From contig JAGLXI010000243.1 of the NCBI GenBank assembly GCA_023132995.1, forward strand, positions 1 to 28,717: a DNA stretch of 28,717 nt, given 5' to 3'. Every line of letters starts with the position of its first letter. Position 1 is the stretch's first letter. The notes beneath the pieces are model-generated. The model saw nothing but the letters and a program-made list of their open reading frames with translations. It had not been told where the DNA came from and did no database searches. This DNA is from Candidatus Zixiibacteriota bacterium (lineage in GTDB: Bacteria; Zixibacteria; MSB-5A5; GN15; FEB-12). Positions 1 through 8,639 of the stretch are shown here, piece by piece. Made by a program: the position numbers and the translations under genes.

Positions 1-1413
1 GACCGCCGGGCCGGGCGGAAGGTCGCTCCACTTGATGCCGAACTCGAGAACATTGGTGTCTGGCGGCAGGCTCAGATAGGCAAAGCCTTCGATGTCAAAG
101 ACCGGCTGCCAGACGCTGCCCTGCCAGACCGCCAGGGCGGTGTCGACACCATGAAGCCCGATAATCACCCGGTATTCGGCGCCTATGTCGTTGAGTTGAG
201 TGCCGGCAAAATCCGTGCGCCCGGAAAGCGAACTCTGATCACTGTCAAAGTAGATGCCCAGGTCGAGCGTGGTATCGTCAAGAATGGTGTCATAAGGATT
301 GTACCAGGATTCCGAGAACTCATAGCGCATCTCAAGCAGCGTGCTTGTGCTGCGTGCCAGCACCCTGGCGATGTCCGTTCTCCAGGGATCGTTGCCGTCC
401 GCAATCAGAGCCTCCCACCGATAGAACACGGTCACTGTATCGGATATCCCCACGCGCCCTGCCGAGTCGTACGCTCTTGCCAGCAGCGTGTGCACATCGG
501 CAATGGCCAGAGTTGAGGCATCCCAGAAATACTCATAAGGAGCCAGAGAATCGTCGGCGGCGCCAAGTTGTAACCCGTCTTTGTAGAATTCCACGTGGCT
601 GATTCCAACCAGGTGAGTGGCCTCTACCGTCACCGTGACGCTGTCACCGATTATGGCGCTGTCCGGCGGCCAGATCAGCGCGGCCACGGGGATCATCGGA
701 TCCGGGCCGGTGGTGAACTCCCAACTGTAGTCGCTTTCAAGATGAATGCCCGACGTATCGGCAACGGCAGTCGTTATCGTGGCCGTATAGAGGGAGTTAT
801 ACTCCAATGTGTCATCGGGAATGAAGGTAGCTGTCCTGGCGGAGTAAGTCACAATGCCGCCGGCGCTCGGGCTGAGGCCGAACGAGGACGGCGTCAGCGT
901 GGCGGCGTCCATCGCCTTGGAAAACGTGGCCGATATCGGAGCGTACGCGCCCGTAGCGCCGTCTGCGGGATCTGTGGAGACAACCGTCGGCGGCAGGGTT
1001 TCCGGATCGTCAACGGTGGTGAACGACCAACTGTACGGTTCGGCCAGCCCGTTGCCGGAGGTGTCGGTTATCCCCGTCGTGACGGTCGCAGTGTAGACGG
1101 TAGAATAAGTAAGCAAACTGTCCGGGGTGAGCGTGACCGTGTTGCCGCCGAAAGCAAAGGCGCCATCGGCCTCATCAAGGATGAACGTCGAGGAATCGAC
1201 AGATGCCGTGTCGATCGGCTCGGAAAATGTGACGCTGACACCCATATCGACTGCGACGCCCGTCACTCCGTCCGGGGGGCTGGTGACTTTCACCGTGGGC
1301 CGAATCCTGTCGCCGGTCGGGCCGGCAGGGTCATCCCCGTCGCAGACGATCAGGAGCGTGGCCGATAGAGCCAGAACGAATACAGCCAACTTCGGCATTC
1401 GCTTAAGATTCAT
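1..1413 (-). CDS. Secreted or lipid-anchored multi-Ig-domain protein (2x SbsA/Big_5-like + Big_7-like + unassigned C-terminal domain); 3' end lies outside the window
   Basis: Absent from the ORF track because it runs off the edge. Manual translation from ATG 1413 (AAGGA upstream) gives 471 codons with no stop: MNLKRMPKLAVFVLALSATLLIVCDGDD... There are two repeats of the type 'PTV..T.P.DG.TG....I..TFS..MD.......T.TP...L.Y...YT.T.T....D.SG..L...YSW.FTT'. These are followed by 'VEFYKDG...APYEYFWD...HTLLARAYDSAG'. Confidence 0.85.
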   Translation of the reverse strand, partial: MNLKRMPKLAVFVLALSATLLIVCDGDDPAGPTGDRIRPTVKVTSPPDGVTGVAVDMGVSVTFSEPIDTASVDSSTFILDEADGAFAFGGNTVTLTPDSLLTYSTVYTATVTTGITDTSGNGLAEPYSWSFTTVDDPETLPPTVVSTDPADGATGAYAPISATFSKAMDAATLTPSSFGLSPSAGGIVTYSARTATFIPDDTLEYNSLYTATITTAVADTSGIHLESDYSWEFTTGPDPMIPVAALIWPPDSAIIGDSVTVTVEATHLVGISHVEFYKDGLQLGAADDSLAPYEYFWDASTLAIADVHTLLARAYDSAGRVGISDTVTVFYRWEALIADGNDPWRTDIARVLARSTSTLLEMRYEFSESWYNPYDTILDDTTLDLGIYFDSDQSSLSGRTDFAGTQLNDIGAEYRVIIGLHGVDTALAVWQGSVWQPVFDIEGFAYLSLPPDTNVLEFGIKWSDLPPGPAV

Positions 1414-1456
1414 GGGCGGATAGTCCTTGTCGATAACGTTTCGGTCAGTTGACAAC

Positions 1457-1485
1457 TATATACGTAAGTCGACAAAACAGCGCAA
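1457..1485 (-). promoter_or_regulatory. Putative sigma70-type promoter for the Ig-domain gene
   Basis: Minus strand TTGCGC-N17-TATATA, 44 nt upstream of ATG 1413. Confidence 0.4.
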
Positions 1486-1648
1486 CATTCGAGGTGAAAT
1501 CAATATGGCGGATGGGGGAACTGCCGGTAGCGGGAAATACAACACAGGCCGACGAGGCGAGCATTCATTGGCGCAAGCAAGCCCCGAAACGAGAAAACGT
1601 CAGAAGGCACAAGTGACAACCCAAACCATGCCCGACCGGTCAGGACTG

Positions 1649-2224
1649 TCAGAACCAGCCCAGTTCGTCCAGTTCCGGTATCTCGCGCCGCATTTCATAG
1701 GCCAGTTCGTCGAGCTCGTCAACCATCTGCTCGATCTTCTCAGCCTTTTTTTCCAGCTTCTCGGCCCTGGCTTCCAGTTTCCCGGCGTCCCTCTCCATGT
1801 CCTCCTCAAGGTCGTCGCCGTCATAAGACGTGAGGAACATCTTGAAGACCCGCCCGACGGCTTTCAGCCCGAGCTTCGCCCCGCTGACTCCGATCCTTGC
1901 CCCCTCCCAACCGATATTGTGGGCGTTGTCTCGAATCTCCAGTGCCCGCAGGTAGAACTCCTCGACCAGCTTCTGCTGATCATCGTCAAGGGTGACATGT
2001 CGGTCGTCTACATAGAGCTCGAAATCCTCGGTGATTTCAATGCGCTCGTCACGCCGGTCATGGCTGGCTATGACAAGGGTGGCGTCATCCAGATCAATCG
2101 AGATACCGTCATCGCAGCTGTAGTGCCGGTGAGATTCCCGCTCGTTCTTGTCGTCAGTGTCACCGGCGCCGGCTACCGAGAAAGCTGACAGTGACAGTAT
2201 CAGCAGGCCTGCCAGGTACTTCAT
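1649..2224 (-). CDS. DUF2884/YggN-like secreted protein
   Basis: Signal peptide, then 'ELYVDDRHVTLDDDQQKLVEEFY...EGARIG..GAKLGLKAV' and a C-terminal acidic coiled coil. This resembles the DUF2884 pattern. RBS GGAG upstream. Confidence 0.7.
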   Translation of the reverse strand: MKYLAGLLILSLSAFSVAGAGDTDDKNERESHRHYSCDDGISIDLDDATLVIASHDRRDERIEITEDFELYVDDRHVTLDDDQQKLVEEFYLRALEIRDNAHNIGWEGARIGVSGAKLGLKAVGRVFKMFLTSYDGDDLEEDMERDAGKLEARAEKLEKKAEKIEQMVDELDELAYEMRREIPELDELGWF

Positions 2225-2259
2225 AGCTATCTCCAGTTATTGATGCGTTTGTCATTGAA

Positions 2260-2285
2260 TACGCAACAGCCCCGGCAATGTTTCA
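2260..2285 (-). promoter_or_regulatory. ECF sigma-factor promoter (SigW-like consensus)
   Basis: Minus strand TGAAAC-N16-CGTA, an exact match to the B. subtilis SigW consensus, 35 nt upstream of the DUF2884 start. Confidence 0.6.
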
Positions 2286-2415
2286 CCATGGACTGATGAC
2301 CGGACGAACTACACACACGAAACCCGCGAAGGCTCACCAGCCCATCCCTCTCAGATTTGGACATGAAAACGGAAGATGAGTAGTCCCCCTGCGTTTCGTC
2401 CGGCTCTGCCGCGGG

Positions 2416-5139
2416 CTACTTCATCAAGATCATTTTCCTGGTTTGTGCGAAGCTACCGGCCTGCAGGCGGTAGAAATAGACGCCACTGCTGCGCCCGTGT
2501 CCATTCCAATCGAAGCTGTGATAGCCGTCCTGAAGGTAACCCTCGACGAGCGTTGTCACGCACTGCCCCATTATGTTGTATATGTCCAGCCTTACCGGCG
2601 ACGCTTCCGGCAGGAAGAACGTAATGACGGTGACCGGATTGAACGGATTAGGGTAGTTCTGAGCAAGCTGGCACCCCTCCGGAAGACCTGCGGCTTTGGC
2701 CATGTCGTAGGTTTCGACATTGAGGGAGGGATCATAGACGGAGCCGGCGCAGACCACGTGATCAACGTAGAAATACCAGTATCCCTCCGGTTCAGCCACA
2801 GCGGCAGTAACGAAGACACTGGTGCCATCGTCGACGGTCGCGTCCGACACAAGCTGGCTGCTCGGCCCGGTAAAGTGCCCGTAGACGGTGGCGCCCGACA
2901 CCGCGAAACCACGTTGATCCTGAATGGTGACTACGGCCCGCGCACGGTATTCATCATCGGACAGCATCTCCTGGGTAACCTCGATGCCGGAAACGAGCAG
3001 CGTGTCCGCTGGCGGCGGTTCGCCTCCCGACTCGATGTACATGAAGTCTATGCAAATGGAGTCAAACGACTGCCTGCCGCTGGTAGTATCGGTGTCCACC
3101 ACCCTAATGTAGACGGTACCGGCGATACCGCCCGGAAGGGATGCGGAGTAGATCTCCTCCGCGGCGCTGTTGATCGTTACCAGGTGAAAGAAGGACGCGC
3201 CGTCCAATGAATACTCAAAGGCGAAATTGTCATGGTCGTCATTGTCGGGACGATAGGCCTCGACATAGAACGTGACGGCGCCGCCGCTGACGACGTCAAA
3301 ACTCCAACCGTGTTCCAGGGTACTGTAGCTGTTTGAAGGATCGATCTGTGAGGCGACTTCGGTTATCACCTGATAGATGTTGTCGCTGGTGGCGGTCATA
3401 GTATAATCACCGAGCACCGTTCCCCTGACAGGCAGGTCCATCTGGGCGAACGAGAGCGAATAGCCTTGATGTCCTGTCACGGAAATGTAGTCGGTTCGAA
3501 TGACTGTGTCGGAACCACAGGGACCGGTCGCAGATAGCGACACCGTGTAGTTTCCCGGATTCCGGTAGATATGATATGGATACTTCTGCTGCGACATGGC
3601 GCCGTCACCGAAGTCCCACTCCCACGCGGTAACATCGGTCGTGAAAAGTGGGGAGAAATTGACGGCCAATGGTTCCGACCCCGACGTCACGAAGGCGGAG
3701 AAATCGGCCACCGGGGAGCCGCCGACAACAATATAGTCCGTCATTATCATCGTATCCAAGCCACCGCAGACGGCGGTCACGATCAGCGACACGTCATAAG
3801 TTCCGGCATCCATGTAGGTGTGGACCGGGTTCTGATCCCCGGAACTCTCACCGTCACCGAAGCTCCACTCCCAAACCGTATTCTCCCCTGTCGATTGGTC
3901 AGTGAAACCGACTGTCAGTGTCGCGCAACCCGATAGTGGCAGAGCCGAGAAAGAGGCTGCCGGCGAATCGGCGACGACTACCTGATCGGGCAGGGTGACG
4001 GTGTCACGCCCGCACGGCCCGGTCACCATCAGTGATACCGTGAACCCCCCCGAAGTTTCATATACGTGGGTCGGATTTTGTTCGTCGGATGTGCCACCGT
4101 CGCCGAAATCCCACGCCCATGAGGTTATATCGCCGGTCGACTCGTTGGTGAAAGTCACCTGCAAAGGCCGACAACCGGAAACGGGCAAGCCGGAGAACGC
4201 CGCGAGCGGTTGCGCGCTCACCCTGACATAGCCCGACCGGACGAGGCGATCGGAACCCTCGGGATTGGATACCGTCAGGGAGACCGTGTAGACTCCCGGC
4301 CTGTCATAAGTGTGAGCCGGGTTTTGTTCTCCAGACTGACGGCCGTCACCGAAATCCCATGACCAGGAGTCGATCTCACCATCCGATCCGTCAGCGAACG
4401 AAACCACCAATGGCGCGCACCCGGTTGTGGGTGCACCGGAGAAGGCCGCTGTCGGACCACCGGTGACAACATCGGAAACAATAATGTAGTCAGCCTTTGT
4501 CTCCGTTGCCGATCCGGACGGGCCGCTCACGGTCAGCGACACGGTGTAGCTGCCGCTGTCAGCAAAGGTATGCGACGGGTTAGTTTCGACAGATGTTTGA
4601 CCGTCTCCGAAGTCCCACTCCCAACCCGTAACATCCCCCACCGACTGATCCGTGAAACTGACCGTCAGTGGCGGCAGGCCGGAAGTTGGCGAACCGGAGA
4701 AGGCCGCCGAGAGAGCAACGTCCGTTCGGACGGTGAGGACATTCGAGAGCATTGACCAGTTAGGCACTTCGTCGGCCGCCATGATGGCAATGTAGTATTG
4801 CGTGCCAGGTGTCAGGTTCATGACTGTGTACGTTTCCAGGCTGCCGGCAGGTCTGGGAATCGGTTCCCCGATACACTGGACGGCATCGGCCCAGTTGCTT
4901 TGGGTGATCGGCCAGACAGCATACCGGATATCGTATTGACTCGCTGTCCCGACCGACCCGTCATCGCCTGGAGCCGACCAGGTCAAGCTGACCGTCATGG
5001 CCGTGATATCGGCCGCTACAGCACTACCGGGGACGATCAGGGCAACCATAGCCACCCATCCGATCAGCGAAAGAACGATAACACTGCGAACAACGCGCGC
5101 GCGCAATCCATGTTCTGCCCGGCGCTCGGTGATTTTCAT
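2416..5139 (-). CDS. Surface protein: signal peptide + FN3-like domain + 5 PKD domains + uncharacterised beta module + Ig-like module + C-terminal T9SS-type (FlgD-Ig-like) sorting domain
   Basis: 'LTWSAPGDDG...YDIRY...YYIAIMAADEVPNWS' (FN3-like). Five 'W.W.FGDG..S...P.H.Y...G.YTVSL' repeats at about 3481-4710. Tail 'QNYPNPFNP...LDIYNIMGQ.V.TL...SGVYFYRLQAG...KMILMK'. Confidence 0.9.
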   Translation of the reverse strand: MKITERRAEHGLRARVVRSVIVLSLIGWVAMVALIVPGSAVAADITAMTVSLTWSAPGDDGSVGTASQYDIRYAVWPITQSNWADAVQCIGEPIPRPAGSLETYTVMNLTPGTQYYIAIMAADEVPNWSMLSNVLTVRTDVALSAAFSGSPTSGLPPLTVSFTDQSVGDVTGWEWDFGDGQTSVETNPSHTFADSGSYTVSLTVSGPSGSATETKADYIIVSDVVTGGPTAAFSGAPTTGCAPLVVSFADGSDGEIDSWSWDFGDGRQSGEQNPAHTYDRPGVYTVSLTVSNPEGSDRLVRSGYVRVSAQPLAAFSGLPVSGCRPLQVTFTNESTGDITSWAWDFGDGGTSDEQNPTHVYETSGGFTVSLMVTGPCGRDTVTLPDQVVVADSPAASFSALPLSGCATLTVGFTDQSTGENTVWEWSFGDGESSGDQNPVHTYMDAGTYDVSLIVTAVCGGLDTMIMTDYIVVGGSPVADFSAFVTSGSEPLAVNFSPLFTTDVTAWEWDFGDGAMSQQKYPYHIYRNPGNYTVSLSATGPCGSDTVIRTDYISVTGHQGYSLSFAQMDLPVRGTVLGDYTMTATSDNIYQVITEVASQIDPSNSYSTLEHGWSFDVVSGGAVTFYVEAYRPDNDDHDNFAFEYSLDGASFFHLVTINSAAEEIYSASLPGGIAGTVYIRVVDTDTTSGRQSFDSICIDFMYIESGGEPPPADTLLVSGIEVTQEMLSDDEYRARAVVTIQDQRGFAVSGATVYGHFTGPSSQLVSDATVDDGTSVFVTAAVAEPEGYWYFYVDHVVCAGSVYDPSLNVETYDMAKAAGLPEGCQLAQNYPNPFNPVTVITFFLPEASPVRLDIYNIMGQCVTTLVEGYLQDGYHSFDWNGHGRSSGVYFYRLQAGSFAQTRKMILMK

Positions 5140-5251
5140 TGCAGGCGCAACAACCTTGACGGTTTCCGTTCACTTCCCAAGCCGGTCCTCAGGAAGTCAC
5201 ACCCGCGACACCCCTGAAGCCGGCGTCACTCCGGGAAAATCGGTATCTGGA

Positions 5252-5300
5252 AACCGGTTGGCTACAAAAACATCTGTGTCTTTCGTAGTTTGTGCCGGTT
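5252..5300 (-). other. Extended stem-loop in the long leader of the PKD gene
   Basis: Minus strand AACCGG..CTACGAAAGACA-caga-TGTTTTTGTAG..CCGGTT. The inner stem depends on a G-U pair on the minus strand; the equivalent position is an A-C mismatch on the plus strand. Confidence 0.45.
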
Positions 5301-5352
5301 CGGCTCAGAGACCAGGGAGTCCCGGCGGGCGGCGCTCGGTGTGTCAGGAAAC

Positions 5353-5381
5353 ATTGTACGCGTGATAGCATGAACATGCTC
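5353..5381 (-). promoter_or_regulatory. Putative promoter (-10 TACAAT) with a palindromic operator over the -35 position
   Basis: TACAAT at 5353-5358 (minus). AGCATG-aa-CATGCT at 5367-5380 overlaps the position of a -35 element at 17-nt spacing. No canonical -35 is present. Confidence 0.4.
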
Positions 5382-5410
5382 TCGGGAAGAACTCGATGGC
5401 AGCGGGTTCG

Positions 5411-5437
5411 CCGGGGCGGTCTGACAACCCGTCCCGG
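5411..5437 (-). terminator. GC-rich hairpin directly after the COG3014 stop (terminator or REP-like)
   Basis: CCGGGACGG-GTTGTCAGA-CCGCCCCGG, one mismatch, no U-tract. Confidence 0.4.
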
Positions 5438-6838
5438 CTAATCGACAGAGTGCACTTCGATCAGGTTAAACGCCCGGGCGGAAACCGTGAAACCCGGATG
5501 ACGGCTCTGCCCGCTCAAACGTCCGTCGGTATCGTAAAACTCTACCAAAATATCGTGAACTCCAGACTCCAACTCGAAGTCGCCGACATGGATACTGCCG
5601 GGCAGGTACTGGCTCGAACGCAGGTCGGCGTTCTCAATCAGGTCCGTGCCGATATCAATGGCCGCTTTCTTAAGCCAACCACCCAGCCCGCCCGTGTCGG
5701 CTTCTTTCTTGAGCTTGTGGGCAGCCAGACCCTTGGAGATGGCTCTCGCCAGCGTGCGCAGGTAGATCAGCGACTTCCTGGCCGCGAACGTCTCCTCAGC
5801 CACACAGCCCACGTCCTCTAATAGCTGCAATTGGCCGACCGGTTGACCACCGACCAGAACCCGGATCGAGCCGACCATAGACGGCTGCGGGACGAGTTTC
5901 GGTATCGAGAACTTGAAATAGTAATCGGCCGACACTTTCATCGGCAGATGACTATACTCAGCCTGCTCATGCTCCGGGTCGTCATACAGCACCTGGACCA
6001 GGTCGAGATCCTTGTCGGTCCTGAGCCTCAGGTTCAGAGCCTCCTTCACCGGCGGTAGTCCAACCAGGGCAACGACACTGAGAATAGCCCCACCGCGGGA
6101 ATCGTACTTGACCTCGGGGAGGGGGAAATCGTAGATGTGCGGCTGGGAGCGGAAAGCCTCGACCAGGAAATCGTAGTCGATCCGGGCGTCGTCCATTTTG
6201 CCGTTCGCCGCGTACATGTGCATGCTCAGGTAGCGGGCGAAAGCGTCGTTATGGAACCTGACCTTGTCTGCGTCATAGTCTATCTTGACCCGCCCGGTGT
6301 CATCGGGAGAACCGCGCTGCAATTGGGTCGCGGCGTCGGCGTATTTCTGTTCCAGCAGTTCGAGCTTGAGATTGGCGCGTCGTATTTCAACAAAGCCGGC
6401 CTCGAAATCGCTCAACGCTATGTAGTTGAGGGCCTTGATCAGATTGGTGTAGAGTATCTCGTAATCCTCTCCGGCGTACTCCAGCACGTTGTCATTGAGG
6501 ACGAACGAGGCCGCCGCCCGCGATACCGACTTGGTGAACAATTCCTCGGCGGCCTCTTCGGCAAGGTGCAGCTTGGCGTTGCTGAAGGTGTGGTCACCGG
6601 CATAGTGACTTAGCAGACCGGCATCAATGAAATAGAGGAGCCGGTCTTTCTCGGCGTACTTGTTGTCCTCCCGGGCGAGTTCGAGTTTCTGCAGGGCGGC
6701 TTCGGGACAACCGGAGCGCAACTCGGCCGTGATCGGTTCATAGAAACCTTTTCTGGTAGCTACGGAACTGCAGCCGACCAGCCCGGAAAGAACCGCCGCA
6801 AAGCAGAGCAGTCTAAGCATGTGGGAACGAGGTGTCAC
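5438..6838 (-). CDS. COG3014-like lipoprotein (TPR-like helical N-terminus)
   Basis: Lipobox LVGC. Motifs 'DRLLYFIDAGLLSH', 'SVSRAAASFVLNDNVLEYAGEDYE...N...ALNY' and 'ADLRSSQYLPG' are typical of this family. Lies directly downstream of an LpoB-like gene. Confidence 0.8.
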   Translation of the reverse strand: MTPRSHMLRLLCFAAVLSGLVGCSSVATRKGFYEPITAELRSGCPEAALQKLELAREDNKYAEKDRLLYFIDAGLLSHYAGDHTFSNAKLHLAEEAAEELFTKSVSRAAASFVLNDNVLEYAGEDYEILYTNLIKALNYIALSDFEAGFVEIRRANLKLELLEQKYADAATQLQRGSPDDTGRVKIDYDADKVRFHNDAFARYLSMHMYAANGKMDDARIDYDFLVEAFRSQPHIYDFPLPEVKYDSRGGAILSVVALVGLPPVKEALNLRLRTDKDLDLVQVLYDDPEHEQAEYSHLPMKVSADYYFKFSIPKLVPQPSMVGSIRVLVGGQPVGQLQLLEDVGCVAEETFAARKSLIYLRTLARAISKGLAAHKLKKEADTGGLGGWLKKAAIDIGTDLIENADLRSSQYLPGSIHVGDFELESGVHDILVEFYDTDGRLSGQSRHPGFTVSARAFNLIEVHSVD

Positions 6839-6844
6839 CGGGAC

Positions 6845-7441
6845 TTACCATTTGCGACTGCCCTGGGATATCCCCTTCTTGATCTTCTTGGTCTGGATCC
6901 AGACTTTCTCCATGCTTTCGATGTTGATCAGTTCAAGATCGGTCTGGTAGAAGACCACCCGGTTACTGCCTTCCTGGTCGGTGATCGTTTTGATGGCTCC
7001 CTGGAGGATAAAATCAGCCCCCGTCTCTTCGCGAAGGCGCTTGGCCGTTTCCTTGGAGGCGAATTCCTGCTGTTCGAAACGTTCCTCGCGGATCTCCGAG
7101 CGTTGTTCCTTGCTGGCGACAAACCTGATCTGGGCGGAGTTAATCAATTCACGTTCAAAGTCGGAGATGAATGTCTCCATGGCGATATGTTCGGAGGTAA
7201 GGTTCCTGATCGTGCCGACCGTCACCACCGGCTTGGCTCCCTCGGCGACGGCAAAATCCGTCAGCCAGGGCCGTGAGAGGCAATCAGCGATCATCTCCCG
7301 GGCCACCAGTCGCGAGTCAGTGTCGTTCCAGCGACCGCTCAGGTCGGTCACGGTCTCAGTATCGAGACGAGTTACGGTCTTTCCACCACCACAGCCCAAC
7401 GGCAGGCAGGCTACCAGCAGCAACAGCAACAATTTTCTCAT
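6845..7441 (-). CDS. lpoB: Penicillin-binding protein activator LpoB-like lipoprotein
   Basis: Lipobox PLGC. 'VTRLD....TDLSGRWNDTDSRLVA..MI...L..PW' and 'GADFILQG.I'. Start moved to ATG 7441 to fit the AGGAG spacing. Confidence 0.8.
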   Translation of the reverse strand: MRKLLLLLLVACLPLGCGGGKTVTRLDTETVTDLSGRWNDTDSRLVAREMIADCLSRPWLTDFAVAEGAKPVVTVGTIRNLTSEHIAMETFISDFERELINSAQIRFVASKEQRSEIREERFEQQEFASKETAKRLREETGADFILQGAIKTITDQEGSNRVVFYQTDLELINIESMEKVWIQTKKIKKGISQGSRKW

Positions 7442-7606
7442 CACAACTCCTATTCCTTGGCTTCAAGTTACAGGTATTATCCTTTTCCGGCCGTAAAGCT
7501 ACCGGAGCGGTTTTGGCATGGCAAGTTTTATTGCAAGCCGATTGCCCGGGCGGCACCTGTCAAGCACTGCCCTTATCGATTCCGTTGCTTCGCAGCAAGG
7601 CGGCCT

Positions 7607-8458
7607 CTATTCGGGCCTGCCGCCGACCATCCGGACAGTAACATTAGGGTAGGGTATCTCGATTCCCTTCTCCTCGAACTTCTTTTTCAACCTCTGGTTG
7701 AACTCGCGCCCAATCCCCCACTGCTTGATAGGTTTGGTCTTGAGGCGCGCCTTGATCATCACGGCCGAGTCGCCGAACTGATCAAGCCCAAATATCTCCA
7801 GTGGCTCAAGGATATCCTCCGCAAAGGCAGGATCCTTCCTCAGTTCCCGCCCCACCTCGTGAAGGACTTCGGTCACTTGATCGACATCTTCGCCGTAGCC
7901 GACGCCAATGTCAAGCACCCAGTAGGAATAGTCTTTGGTCATGTTGGTGACCAGATCGATCTTCCCGTTGCGGACATAATGCACACTGCCGGACAGGTCA
8001 CGGAGAACAGTCTGGCGTAGGTTGACCTTTTCGACCAACCCGCTCTTGCCGGCGATCTGTACGACGTCGCCCACCCTGATCTGATCCTCGAGGAGAATGA
8101 AGAAGCCGCTGATCACGTCCTGAACCAGTTGCTGCGCCCCAAAGGCAACCGCGACGCCGACGATACCGGCCGCCGCCAGAACCGGGCCGATCCTGATGCC
8201 CAGTTCGTCGAGCGCCATAACCACCGCCACCACCAGCACCGCCACGTTAACCGCGGACAGCACCACCGACCGGAGCGTGTCGAGACGTTTCCGGGTTTCC
8301 TCAGTGGCCTCGTCACTCAGCATGCGAGCGAACAAACGCCGCAGAAGATTCCGGCCGATCCACAGGACGAGTGTGGTCAGGACAAGTATTACCAGCAGCC
8401 TCAACCCCGTGGTCAGCAGCCAGTCAATAACCGGTCTGAGATAGCTTTCAATATCCAT
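7607..8458 (-). CDS. mscS: Small-conductance mechanosensitive channel (MscS family)
   Basis: Three hydrophobic helices, 'AAAGIVGVAVAFGAQQLVQDVISGFFILLEDQIRVGDVV', 'G.VE..NLRQT.LRDLSG.VHY..NG' and 'GIEIPYP'. Start set at ATG 8458 after AAGGAG. Confidence 0.95.
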   Translation of the reverse strand: MDIESYLRPVIDWLLTTGLRLLVILVLTTLVLWIGRNLLRRLFARMLSDEATEETRKRLDTLRSVVLSAVNVAVLVVAVVMALDELGIRIGPVLAAAGIVGVAVAFGAQQLVQDVISGFFILLEDQIRVGDVVQIAGKSGLVEKVNLRQTVLRDLSGSVHYVRNGKIDLVTNMTKDYSYWVLDIGVGYGEDVDQVTEVLHEVGRELRKDPAFAEDILEPLEIFGLDQFGDSAVMIKARLKTKPIKQWGIGREFNQRLKKKFEEKGIEIPYPNVTVRMVGGRPE

Positions 8459-8615
8459 CGTCACTCCTTGCTCCGTGTGTCGCCTAAAGGCTTGCTCTCA
8501 TTGTTCTCGTGCGCGGTCGGTGTAAGGCTGGGCCGTCGCGCTCTTGATGGCCTCCTCCCCCCATCCCGACAGTCAAAAGGAACTACGGCCCTTGCCGTTT
8601 GTCAAGCGGCGCCGT

Positions 8616-8639
8616 CGATTCCCTGTCGACAGGGAATCG
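8616..8639. repeat. Perfect 24-bp palindrome in a divergent intergenic region
   Basis: CGATTCCCTGTCGACAGGGAATCG is its own reverse complement. Confidence 0.9.

Noticed and set aside
151-2188. Plus-strand ORFs 595-1368 and 1427-2188
   Set aside because: They are antisense shadows of clear minus-strand genes and have no recognisable motifs.
3481-4710. Tandem repeats of about 250 bp as a possible CRISPR or non-coding array
   Set aside because: They are the in-frame, divergent PKD domain repeats.
5270-5300. c-di-GMP-I (GEMM) riboswitch call
   Set aside because: The bases flanking GAAA do not form the P2 stem and GACGCAAA is missing. Kept only as an unassigned hairpin.
5364-5383. Sigma54 promoter reading of GCATG-TTCA-TGC
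   Set aside because: It lacks the invariant GG at -24, and the spacing to GC is off by one.
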